Part shown: positions 17,659 to 25,838 of the stretch, piece after piece
Position numbering within the stretch: position 1 is the first letter of the stretch
How the letters are laid out: every line of letters starts with the position of its first letter
Origin: a virus
Lineage: Duplodnaviria > Caudoviricetes
DNA length: 35,890 nucleotides
Virus record (IMG/VR): IMGVR_UViG_3300044229_003739
Span: 1 to 35,890 of that record
Strand: one strand, 5' to 3'
Notes under the pieces: model-generated
Databases searched by the model: none
Told to the model about the DNA's origin: nothing
The model's input: only the letters and a program-made list of their open reading frames with translations
Program-made: the position numbers and the translations under genes

Positions 17659-17843
17659 TCAACGCGGCCCTGTGAGCGCCGCTAAGCCCTCACCCGCTAC
17701 GCTGGCCCGACTTTTCCCCGCAAGGCGCGTTAGACCCGCGTTAGATTTCCAATTTAGGGGTTTTGAAAGGGATTCATTGGACGAAGCCTTCCAGAGCATG
17801 GAAGATACTATTATATATACTGTAGTTTTTTTGAGGTAACACG

Positions 17844-18305
17844 ATGGCGCTATTCACAGCAGGATACGAAGGATTAGACATAGACAGCTTTCTACAAGGG
17901 CTGCGGCACGCAGGTGTCAACAAGGTGGTGGACGTTCGCCAGCTTCCCGTATCACGCAAAAAAGGCTTTTCAAAAACATCTTTTGCGGAAAAGCTCAGGT
18001 CATCAGGTATTGATTACGAACACGTCAAAGCTCTTGGCTGCCCTAAGCCTATACGCGATCAATATAAGAAAGACGGTGACTGGGCAAACTATACGAAGCA
18101 TTTCAGGGCTTATATTGAGACGCAGTCAGAAGTCGTTCGCGATGTGGCAGACGAAGCCTCTGAGATTAACGCCTGCCTGATATGTTTTGAGGCAGACGTT
18201 ATGTTCTGTCACCGAAGGTTTGTGGCAGAGGCGGGCAAAAAGCTAAATCCCGATCTCCATGTGAAGCATTTGGCTATCAAAAAAGAGATTGCTGTGGCTG
18301 TTTAG
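17844..18305 (+). CDS. DUF488-family protein
   Basis: FTAGYEG; VVDVRQLPVSRKKGFSK; YEHVKALG; CLICFE...CHRRFVA; RBS GAGGT; AT-richer than flanks. Confidence 0.85.
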   Translation: MALFTAGYEGLDIDSFLQGLRHAGVNKVVDVRQLPVSRKKGFSKTSFAEKLRSSGIDYEHVKALGCPKPIRDQYKKDGDWANYTKHFRAYIETQSEVVRDVADEASEINACLICFEADVMFCHRRFVAEAGKKLNPDLHVKHLAIKKEIAVAV

Positions 18306-19080
18306 GAGGGTAGATCAAGCTGATAATTAGCCACTGACCAGGAAACCGGTGCACGGTGCCCATCAGAAACATCAAATCTTTGGCTGGCAGCTCCTCAAGT
18401 AGCTTATGTTTGAAAGGACGCTTCCAGCCTTCATCTCCATGAGATCTGATAAGTTTTCTATAGAGTGCGCCAATCTCCCAATCAACGATTTTATGCCTGA
18501 AAGGAGCAGCGTCTGAAGGTTTTGGGCATTCATACTGATAGTGAAAATCAACCGGTATTTTTTCCAGAACTTTCACTTCATCTTGCTCATCCTCCAGTAG
18601 TGACAGTTGGCTACGTTCTAGCTTGGACCGCTCTTCTTCAGTCCAGTCCTTATTTTTATGCTCAGTAAGCGTAAGGTCAGTAATTTTTTGTACTCGAACC
18701 AATCCGATAGTTGTGCCATCACGTTGACGTGCTAGCTCAAGGTCTTCAGGACTATCAAAAATGGGAAGCTTCTCAAGATAATGGCGACGATTCTTCCAGT
18801 CACCATCAGAAGGTATGGATTCGCCAAGCTGAATCGAGCCTACCTTCAGCTTATGGCTCTCGGGTCTATGATCATCACGACTTTTTTCAATCTTTGCCGA
18901 GATCCACTGCCATTTCGAAAACTGCTGATCTCCGCTTATCAAGCGGAAGGGAACAGGAAAGAGGCGAATCAAAGAGCCGTCTTCTTCCATCCCTGCTACA
19001 CAAGATGTTTCTTGATACCTAGCACTAGGGCTCGGATACGTTTTACATAGTATGAGTATATTAGCTTTTCTGTCTGGCAT
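18277..19080 (-). CDS. Accessory protein convergent with DUF488 (possible OB-fold nucleic-acid binding)
   Basis: 267 aa from ATG 19080 (ORF open to 19128): ILCKTYPSPS..Y.ETSCVAG...IRLFPVPFR...DHRPES...DWEIGALY...FLMGT.HRFP..WLIISL.YPP. Confidence 0.8.
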   Translation of the reverse strand: MPDRKANILILCKTYPSPSARYQETSCVAGMEEDGSLIRLFPVPFRLISGDQQFSKWQWISAKIEKSRDDHRPESHKLKVGSIQLGESIPSDGDWKNRRHYLEKLPIFDSPEDLELARQRDGTTIGLVRVQKITDLTLTEHKNKDWTEEERSKLERSQLSLLEDEQDEVKVLEKIPVDFHYQYECPKPSDAAPFRHKIVDWEIGALYRKLIRSHGDEGWKRPFKHKLLEELPAKDLMFLMGTVHRFPGQWLIISLIYPPKQPQQSLF

Positions 19081-19157
19081 ATCCCCCCCATCTTTATGTG
19101 ACAACCTCAGTCTATTTAGTAACAGCAAAGGGATCTTTTCTCCACCCCTCGCCAGAA

Positions 19158-19208
19158 AAAACTCCTAAAGCGCTTTAAATCCACGCCTCGCCCTAAGCCC
19201 CCGATCAT
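19158..19208 (+). promoter_or_regulatory. Putative late promoter for the head operon (PI-like)
   Basis: AAAACTCCTAAAGCGCTT 19158-19175 matches 10503-10520; -10-like GATCAT 19203-19208 ends 6 nt before ATG 19215. Confidence 0.55.
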
Positions 19209-19214
19209 GGGGGC

Positions 19215-20330
19215 ATGACAACACAAAGCCTTCACACCAAGCCCCGCGCCATCCATGTCGCCGTCTGCGCCCTCCGTGTGCAGATCACCGACGACAAAAC
19301 GCGCCTGATGCCCGCTGGCACCTTTCACGCACCGCGTGGGGCTGCTGAGGGCACTGGCCCGTGGCACCTGTCTGCCGAAGCGGCTCAAGCGATTATCCGC
19401 CTGGCGGCTGCGCGCAGTACCGACATCGCCATCGACTACGAACACCAAACCCTTTACAGCGAACAGAACGGTAAGCCTGCGCCTGCCGCTGGCTGGGTTG
19501 ACCCGCGCTCGCTCGAATGGCGGGACGATGGCCTTTACGGTTCGATTGCCTGGACGGCCAAAGCCCGCGCGGCGATCACGCCGGGGCCAAACGGCGAGCC
19601 GCCTGAATACCTCTATCTCTCCCCTGTTTTCCCGTACGACGCCAACGGTGTGCCGCTCGACCTGCTGCACCTGGCGTTAACCAACACCCCCGCCATCGAC
19701 GAAGGTGCCGCGCAGCTTGCCGCTGCGCGCATGTCGGTAACGCACGATACCTCTGAGGAGACTGACACCGTGGACCGTGAACAACTGATTGCCGCACTCG
19801 GCCTGGCGAAGGACGCCACCGACGAACAGATCGACAACGCCATTGCCGCGTTGAAAACCGCCGCCGACGATGCCGCCGCATTCCGCCAGGCATTGGGTGC
19901 CAAAGACGACGCAAAACCGGATGAAGCGGTAGCCGCCCTGAAGGCGACAAGTGCTAACACCCCGCCGGACATGAGCCAGTACGTGCCCATTGCGGTGTTT
20001 AAAGAGACCACCGACCAACTGGCCGCGCTGAAAGCCAACAGCAACACCGCTGAGCTGGACGCGTTGATCAAGGAAGGCCTGAACGACGGCCGCATTCCCG
20101 GCAAGGCCACAGCAGATTGGCTGCGCGAGCAAGGCATTGCCGCCTGTAAAGCGCACCTGGAAGGCGCGCCCAGTATCGCCGCTCTCAAGACGACGCAGAC
20201 CGGAGGTAAGCCCCCGGAAGGTAGCAAAACCAAAGACGGTGAGCTCAGCAAGGAAGAACTGGCCGTGTGTAAGTCCATGGGCCTAACGGCTGAGCAGTAC
20301 CGCGCCGCCAATCCCGCGCCCGCTGAATAA
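19215..20330 (+). CDS. Head maturation protease I (Mu gp32-like)
   Basis: IDYEHQT; APAAGW; YLYLSPVF; ALTNTPA. Confidence 0.93.
   Translation: MTTQSLHTKPRAIHVAVCALRVQITDDKTRLMPAGTFHAPRGAAEGTGPWHLSAEAAQAIIRLAAARSTDIAIDYEHQTLYSEQNGKPAPAAGWVDPRSLEWRDDGLYGSIAWTAKARAAITPGPNGEPPEYLYLSPVFPYDANGVPLDLLHLALTNTPAIDEGAAQLAAARMSVTHDTSEETDTVDREQLIAALGLAKDATDEQIDNAIAALKTAADDAAAFRQALGAKDDAKPDEAVAALKATSANTPPDMSQYVPIAVFKETTDQLAALKANSNTAELDALIKEGLNDGRIPGKATADWLREQGIAACKAHLEGAPSIAALKTTQTGGKPPEGSKTKDGELSKEELAVCKSMGLTAEQYRAANPAPAE
19770..20330 (+). CDS. Nested in-frame scaffolding protein (Mu Z-like)
   Basis: RBS GAGGAG 19755-19760 then in-frame GTG 19770, after the protease domain; Ala-rich helical product. Confidence 0.7.
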   Translation: MDREQLIAALGLAKDATDEQIDNAIAALKTAADDAAAFRQALGAKDDAKPDEAVAALKATSANTPPDMSQYVPIAVFKETTDQLAALKANSNTAELDALIKEGLNDGRIPGKATADWLREQGIAACKAHLEGAPSIAALKTTQTGGKPPEGSKTKDGELSKEELAVCKSMGLTAEQYRAANPAPAE

Positions 20331-20370
20331 GCAGGCTCAGCACTAACCCAACAGGCAAGAGGATCACCCT

Positions 20371-20808
20371 GTGACCGCTGCAACCAAAAACCGAAACACA
20401 CCGCATCGCCTGGGCTTGTCACGCGGCCTGTTAGTCGCCGCTGCTGCCGAGTGCTTTGCGGGCACCATCGCCGTCATCAATGCCACTGGCTTTACAGAGC
20501 CAGGTACGACGGCCACCGGCCTCGTTGCTGCTGGTGTTTTTGAACACTACCAGGACAACACCGACGGTGCAGATGGTGACGAAGTCGTGGAAGTGAAACG
20601 CGGCAACTTCCACCTGGCCAACTCCGCCGGTGCCGATGAGATCACCGCCGCTGATATCGGCAAGGTCTGTTACATCGTCGATAACCAGACGGTGGCCAAG
20701 ACAGATGACACCGCTACCCGCTCCCCCGCTGGCATTGTCGACGACGTCGACGATGCGGGCGTGTGGGTCAACATCGACCCGACTAACGGCGTTGCCGCTA
20801 GCGCCTGA
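20371..20808 (+). CDS. Putative head decoration/cement protein
   Basis: Between protease and capsid; DIGKVCYIVDNQTV...AG.V.DVD..GVWV; GTG start with GAGG RBS. Confidence 0.78.
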   Translation: MTAATKNRNTPHRLGLSRGLLVAAAAECFAGTIAVINATGFTEPGTTATGLVAAGVFEHYQDNTDGADGDEVVEVKRGNFHLANSAGADEITAADIGKVCYIVDNQTVAKTDDTATRSPAGIVDDVDDAGVWVNIDPTNGVAASA

Positions 20809-20822
20809 TAAGGACTGAATCC

Positions 20823-21725
20823 ATGAATCTTACTCAAGCCAATTTGAAGGTGCTGTTCCAGGCCTACAACGCCGCCTTTCAGCAGGGCTTTAGCTCGATG
20901 GGTGAGCAGGCCGCACTCTATGAGCTGTTCTGTACCACCGTGCCATCGACCACTGCGGTTGAGGTCTACCCGTTCCTCAAGAGCCTGCCGCGCATCCGTG
21001 AATGGCTGGGTGATCGCGTTGTTCACTCGCTGGAAGGTGCCGCGTTCAGCATCAGGAACCGTAAGTTCGAGCTAACCGAAGGCGTCTCACGTGATGCCAT
21101 CGACGACGACACCTACGGCCTGTGGTCGCCTGTTTTCCAAGAGTTTGGCCGCTCCAGCCGTGAGCACCCCAACGAACTCGCCGTGGAAGTACTGGAAGCC
21201 AACCCGGAGTGCTACGACGGCCAGCCGCTGTTTGATGCCGACCACCCTGTGCTGGATGAAAAAGGGCAAGAGATCTCAGTGACCAACGACATGGGCGGCT
21301 CGGGAGACGCCTGGTACGTGATGGATAACACCCGCGTGATCAAGTCCGTCGTGTTCCAGAAGCGCCGTGACTACAACTTCCGTTCGATCACCGACTTGAA
21401 CGATACCCAGGTCTTCATGACCGACAAGTTCCTGTTCGGTGTGGATGCTCGCGTTAACGCCGGTGCAGGGCTATGGCAGCTCGCCGTGCGCTCTCGCCAG
21501 CCGTTTACTCCCGAGAACTACGAAGCGGCACGCCAGGCCTTGACGAAGATGAAAGGCGACTATGGCCGCCCCCTGGCGCTGCGTCACTCGCACACCATGG
21601 TGCCCAACTCGATGGAAGGCGCTGCCCGTGCCGTGCTGCAAAGCCAGCTGGCTGCTGGCGGTGAGACAAACAAGTGGGCCAACACCTCGACGCTGGTGCT
21701 CAACCCCTGGTTAGCCAGCGCCTAA
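20823..21725 (+). CDS. Major capsid protein (Mu gpT)
   Basis: LPRIREWLGDR; IRNRKFELT.GV.RD.I.DD.YG; CYDGQPLFDADHPV; FGVDARVNAG.GLWQLA. Confidence 0.95.
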   Translation: MNLTQANLKVLFQAYNAAFQQGFSSMGEQAALYELFCTTVPSTTAVEVYPFLKSLPRIREWLGDRVVHSLEGAAFSIRNRKFELTEGVSRDAIDDDTYGLWSPVFQEFGRSSREHPNELAVEVLEANPECYDGQPLFDADHPVLDEKGQEISVTNDMGGSGDAWYVMDNTRVIKSVVFQKRRDYNFRSITDLNDTQVFMTDKFLFGVDARVNAGAGLWQLAVRSRQPFTPENYEAARQALTKMKGDYGRPLALRHSHTMVPNSMEGAARAVLQSQLAAGGETNKWANTSTLVLNPWLASA

Positions 21726-21747
21726 CGCTCGTTAACCGGTGATGACT

Positions 21748-21775
21748 CGCAGTGCCTGCCCCGGCGGGCACTGCG
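21748..21775 (+). other. Strong hairpin downstream of capsid gene (no U-tract)
   Basis: CGCAGTGCCTGC-CCCG-GCGGGCACTGCG, 12-bp stem including one G-U pair. Confidence 0.6.
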
Positions 21776-21789
21776 CAACGGAGATCCCC

Positions 21790-22218
21790 ATGGCAACACG
21801 TAAAACCACCACGACAAAGGCCAAGCAGCCTACGCGTGCGCAACCTACCGAGGCGGTACCGGAAACACAAACACCGGCGGATGCCGGAGCGGCCACCGCC
21901 GATCAGGAAGCCCAGGCTAACGCAGGCGCGGCAACACCAGCACCTCAGCCTGCCGAGATCCAGGGCAATACCGTTACGGGTGACGGCTCTGGCAACGCGC
22001 TGCCGCCGACGGCGGAAACGCCAGGCGTTTTCGTGCGCACCAAGCGCCGCGTCAAAAGCCGCCGTCGTGCTGGCCACCGCTTCAACCGCAAAGGCACCGG
22101 CATTGCGCTGGAGCTGCTGAGCGAAGCGCAGTTGACGCAACTGCGCGACGACCCGGCCCTGGAAGTGACCGACTGCACCTTGCCGGTCGATGACGCCACC
22201 ACCAGCTCGGAGGCCTAA
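21790..22218 (+). CDS. Mu gp35 / HI1506-like protein
   Basis: RRRAGHRF...LSEAQLTQLRDDPALEV; Ala/Pro/Thr-rich N-terminus; RBS GGAG. Confidence 0.8.
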   Translation: MATRKTTTTKAKQPTRAQPTEAVPETQTPADAGAATADQEAQANAGAATPAPQPAEIQGNTVTGDGSGNALPPTAETPGVFVRTKRRVKSRRRAGHRFNRKGTGIALELLSEAQLTQLRDDPALEVTDCTLPVDDATTSSEA

Positions 22219-22221
22219 CCC

Positions 22222-22635
22222 ATGCCCTACTGCACTCAAACGGACCTCATCGAGCGCTTTGGCGAGAACGAGCTGCTTGACCTCGCTTCCGACGATACCG
22301 GCTTGGCCATTGATACCCCTGTGGTGGATGGCGCTATTGCCGACGCCAGCGGCGAGATCGACGGCTACGTGAGTGCAGCGGGCTACACCGTGCCGCTTTC
22401 CAATGTGCCGCGCATCATCACCGCCTACGCCTGTGACATCGCTCGTTATCGGCTATCCGATGACCGCGCCACCGAGCAGGTCACCAAGCGCTACAACGAC
22501 GCGGTGAAGTTCCTGAAGTCTGTCGCCAAGGGCGAGGTGCGGCTCGGTATCGCCTCATCGGAAAGCGCAGCGGGAAGCGCTGGCAGCGTCATGATGGACA
22601 CCGGCCGCCGCGTGTTTAACGGGGGTGGCTTCTAA
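22222..22635 (+). CDS. Head-tail adaptor (Mu gp36, DUF1320)
   Basis: MPYCTQTDLIERFGE.EL; DAS.EIDGY; CDIARYRL; RY.DA.K.L. Confidence 0.9.
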   Translation: MPYCTQTDLIERFGENELLDLASDDTGLAIDTPVVDGAIADASGEIDGYVSAAGYTVPLSNVPRIITAYACDIARYRLSDDRATEQVTKRYNDAVKFLKSVAKGEVRLGIASSESAAGSAGSVMMDTGRRVFNGGGF

Positions 22636-23198
22636 TGCTGGCCAAGATTGAAGACGCCATTATCGAGCGCTGCCAACGCGTGCTGGGCGATCACGTCAAG
22701 ACCGTCGAAGACCTGCCAGGCAAATGGAACCAAAAGACCCTGCGCACTGCACTACGCAAGGTGCCAGGCGTGTTTGTCGCCTGGGGCGGCGCGCGCGGTG
22801 ACGGCGACCTGGTCCAGCCCGCGACTCAAAACCGCTACGTGGTGTACGTGGTGACCGGCCACGCCAGCGGCGAGCGCGAACGCCGCCGGGGCAATACCCG
22901 CCAAGTGGGTGCCTATGAACTGCTCGAACGCGTGGTTCCTGCCGTGCATGCGCTCACCGTGCCCGATGTGGGCAGCCTGACGCTTGAGAGCATCGACAAC
23001 CTCTACGCCGATCACTTCGACAAGGAAGGCGTGGTGGTTTACGCCGCTGCCTTCCGGATGAAAGTGATATGGCCAGCAGCGTTTGACGTTAACGACCTCA
23101 ACCCCTTCGAACTCTACACCGGCACCCACCACGTCGGCGGCGATGACGATCCCGACACCGAGAGCCGCGTCGAGCTACCCCAACCCCAGGAGGACTAA
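22635..23198 (+). CDS. Tail terminator-like protein (Mu gp37, DUF1834)
   Basis: IEDAIIER; P.VFVAW.G; VGAYELL; synteny. Confidence 0.8.
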   Translation: MLAKIEDAIIERCQRVLGDHVKTVEDLPGKWNQKTLRTALRKVPGVFVAWGGARGDGDLVQPATQNRYVVYVVTGHASGERERRRGNTRQVGAYELLERVVPAVHALTVPDVGSLTLESIDNLYADHFDKEGVVVYAAAFRMKVIWPAAFDVNDLNPFELYTGTHHVGGDDDPDTESRVELPQPQED

Positions 23199-23200
23199 CC

Positions 23201-23455
23201 GTGCCATCCATTTACGTTAAACCGCGCATGCGCGATGCCAAAAAGCCCGAACAGGGCGTGCTGCTGGTGCGCCGTGAGAGCAACGGCAAGCCGATCCCCG
23301 CTGAGGGCGCGCACGTTGAGCATACCCCCTACATCCGCCGCCGCCTGCGCGATGGCGACCTGGTGCGCGCCACGGCCCCGTCGAAATCCAGCCGTGCCAA
23401 AGCCGCCGCAAAACCCACCGCTAACGCCGCCGCTGCTGGCGAGCAGGAGTCGTAA
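23201..23455 (+). CDS. Mu gp38-like protein (DUF2635)
   Basis: YVKP...P.EG..V....YIRRRLRDGDLV. Confidence 0.82.
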   Translation: MPSIYVKPRMRDAKKPEQGVLLVRRESNGKPIPAEGAHVEHTPYIRRRLRDGDLVRATAPSKSSRAKAAAKPTANAAAAGEQES

Positions 23456-23458
23456 CCC

Positions 23459-24943
23459 ATGGCTGATATCACCGCCGGTGTCTTCAACGACATCCCCTCA
23501 GCGCTGCGCATTCCGGGCGTGTTTATCGAGTTTGACGCGCGCCTGGCTAACTCGGGCGTGTGGCAAACCCGCCTGCTGGTCATGGGCCAGCGCTTCAACT
23601 CAGGCGAGAAAGACGCCCTGAGCCTTGACCGCGTGACCAGTGGCGAGCAGGCCGACCGCTACTACGGGCGCGGCTCGATGATCGCCGAGATGCTGCGCGC
23701 CGCGTTAGAAATCGACCCCTACATGGAAACCTACGGCCTCGCCCTTGACGACGCGGCAGCAGGCACCAAAGCCAATGGCTCCATCAGCGTGGCCGGTACC
23801 GCGCTACGCGGCGGCACCGCTGCGCTATACATTGGCGGCTACCGCGTGCGAGCCGGTATCGAAGCCAGCGACACTAGCGAGACTATCGCCCAGGCCCTGG
23901 TAGATGCGATCAACGACAACGGCCGCGTCCCCGTCACCGCGACGATTGACGGTACCGACACCTCATTGATCAACCTGGACTGCAAGTGGGCAGGCAACAC
24001 CGGCAACGATATACACCTTGTGTTTAACGCCAAGGGCGAGCGCGGGCTCGACGGCGTCACGTTCACCATTACCCAGCTAACCGGCGGCGACGGCAATCCG
24101 GACATTGGCGATGCAATCGCTACGATGGGCGATGAGTGGTACCACTACATCGCGTGCCCGTTCAACGACACCGCCAACCTGGATGAGCTGAATACCGAAC
24201 TTACTCGTCGTTTCGGCCCGATGGTGCAGATGGGCAGCCGCGCATTCTGTGCTTACCGGGGAACGCTCTCTGAGACCGGCGACTTCGGCAGCGCTTTAAA
24301 TGGCGAGCATTTGTCAGTAATGGGCACCGGCAAGTCGGTTAGCCCCACCTACCTCTGGGCAGTCACGTACGCGATGGTCGCCGCCGGTTCGCTAACCAAT
24401 GACCCTGCCCGCCCGCTGCAATACTTGGCGCTGCCCGGCCTGATCGGCCCCCGCAAGGAAGACCAGTGGACCAAGGCCGAGCGCAACCTATTGCTATTCG
24501 ATGGCATCGCCACCTTTACCGTCGCCGATGACGGCACGGTGCAGATCAACCGCGAGATCACCACCTACCAGGTCAACGAAGCGGGCATCGAGTCGGACGC
24601 CTACCTGGACATCCAGACGCCGGAAACCCTGGAGCGCATTCGCTATGAGCAGATCTCGCGAATTCTCTCCAAATACCCGCGCCACAAATTGGCAACGGAT
24701 GAAGACGCCGCGCTCTACGGCGCTGGTCAGCCGATCATGACGCCCAACGTCTGCAAGTCCGAGCTGCTCGGCCTCTACCGCGATTTTATCGAGAACGGCT
24801 GGGCACAGGACTATGAGGGATACGCCGAGAGCCTGAGCGCCAACATCGACCCCGACAACAAGGCGCGGCTTAACGTCATCGACTCACCGAAGCTCGTTGG
24901 CCAGTACCGCATCCACGCGATGCAGACCCAATTCCGCCGCTAA
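23459..24943 (+). CDS. Tail sheath protein (Mu L)
   Basis: IPSALRIPGVFIEFD; YGRGSM; DPARPLQ; ERNLLLFDGIAT; KYPRHKLA. Confidence 0.95.
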   Translation: MADITAGVFNDIPSALRIPGVFIEFDARLANSGVWQTRLLVMGQRFNSGEKDALSLDRVTSGEQADRYYGRGSMIAEMLRAALEIDPYMETYGLALDDAAAGTKANGSISVAGTALRGGTAALYIGGYRVRAGIEASDTSETIAQALVDAINDNGRVPVTATIDGTDTSLINLDCKWAGNTGNDIHLVFNAKGERGLDGVTFTITQLTGGDGNPDIGDAIATMGDEWYHYIACPFNDTANLDELNTELTRRFGPMVQMGSRAFCAYRGTLSETGDFGSALNGEHLSVMGTGKSVSPTYLWAVTYAMVAAGSLTNDPARPLQYLALPGLIGPRKEDQWTKAERNLLLFDGIATFTVADDGTVQINREITTYQVNEAGIESDAYLDIQTPETLERIRYEQISRILSKYPRHKLATDEDAALYGAGQPIMTPNVCKSELLGLYRDFIENGWAQDYEGYAESLSANIDPDNKARLNVIDSPKLVGQYRIHAMQTQFRR

Positions 24944-24982
24944 TGGCGCGTTATTAACCGCCGTTTAAGGAGTGCGTAAATC

Positions 24983-25333
24983 ATGACGCAACTGACAGGC
25001 AAAGCCACTGTAAAGGTCGATGGCTCGGAGCTACTCACCGACGTCGACTCAACGCTGAACCTTGGCGGGGTAAGCCGTGAGTTCATCACCGGGCCACGCG
25101 GACCGCAAGGGCATCGCGAAACCCCCGAGGCGCCGTCGCTCACTACTACCGTTCGCCACACTGCTGATACCGACCTAATCGCCCTAGGGCGTATTACCGG
25201 TGCCACGGTGATCTTCACCACTGATACCAACGACGCATATGTGCTTCGCGGTGCTGCGGTCACCGACCCGGTAGAAATTAGTGGAGGGAACATACGCCTC
25301 AACTGGGGCGGCATGGGCGTGGAGAGACTCTAA
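24983..25333 (+). CDS. Tail tube protein (Mu M-like)
   Basis: 116 aa directly after the sheath; TGKATVKVDG...LGGVSRE. Confidence 0.85.
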   Translation: MTQLTGKATVKVDGSELLTDVDSTLNLGGVSREFITGPRGPQGHRETPEAPSLTTTVRHTADTDLIALGRITGATVIFTTDTNDAYVLRGAAVTDPVEISGGNIRLNWGGMGVERL

Positions 25334-25773
25334 TGGCAGGCACAAAAATACCCGTCTCCCTGATACACGGCCTCAAGATTGGCGAGGCCGTTTGCAAGGA
25401 TGTGGTTCTCCGTGAGGCAACCGCTGGCGACGTGCTCGAAGCACAGGAAGCCGCCGAGAAGTTGATGATGGTGCCCAACGCCGAGGGTGGCTTCGAACCG
25501 ATGCTGGTGGTCAGCCCGTCACGCGTCGGCGTTGAGGTCCTGCGCCGCCAGATCTTCAGTATCGGCGACGTCTCCGGGCCGCTGGATATCAAGCTCATGC
25601 ACCGGCTCGACCCCGAAGACCTCAACCTGCTACTCGCAAAGAGCGAGCAGCTCGACGGTGCCGCTGTTGCTCAAACCCAGGAGGGTGTGACGCAGCGGGG
25701 GCGAGGCGATAGCGATCGCCCAGCATCTGACCAGGCTGATGTGGGTGATCGCGACGCGCACGGGGTGGAGTGA
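25333..25773 (+). CDS. Tail assembly chaperone (Mu gp41-like)
   Basis: L.HGL..G...VVLREATAGD...RRQI..IG...GPL...L...DL; QRGR at the slippery site. Confidence 0.88.
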   Translation: MAGTKIPVSLIHGLKIGEAVCKDVVLREATAGDVLEAQEAAEKLMMVPNAEGGFEPMLVVSPSRVGVEVLRRQIFSIGDVSGPLDIKLMHRLDPEDLNLLLAKSEQLDGAAVAQTQEGVTQRGRGDSDRPASDQADVGDRDAHGVE

Positions 25774-25837
25774 GGCCGATCAGCGCGGCATGACGATGCG
25801 CCGGCTAATCGGCTATATGAACCAGGCCAGGAGTTGA
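25697..25837 (+). other. Programmed frameshift site GGGGGCGA and frameshifted C-terminal extension of the tail chaperone
   Basis: CGG-GGG-CGA at 25696-25704; the -2/+1 frame is open to TGA 25835-25837 and encodes ...LMWVIATRTGWSEADQRGMTMRRLIGYMNQARS. Confidence 0.8.
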
Positions 25838-25838
25838 T

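Noticed and set aside
17804-17825. TACTATTATATATACTGTA resembling an SOS box
   Set aside because: Does not fit CTG-N10-CAG on either strand
19613-20422. 269-aa minus-strand ORF, and many similar antisense ORFs across the late genes
   Set aside because: Shadow frames of GC-rich coding genes; Ser/Ala/Arg-rich with no motifs
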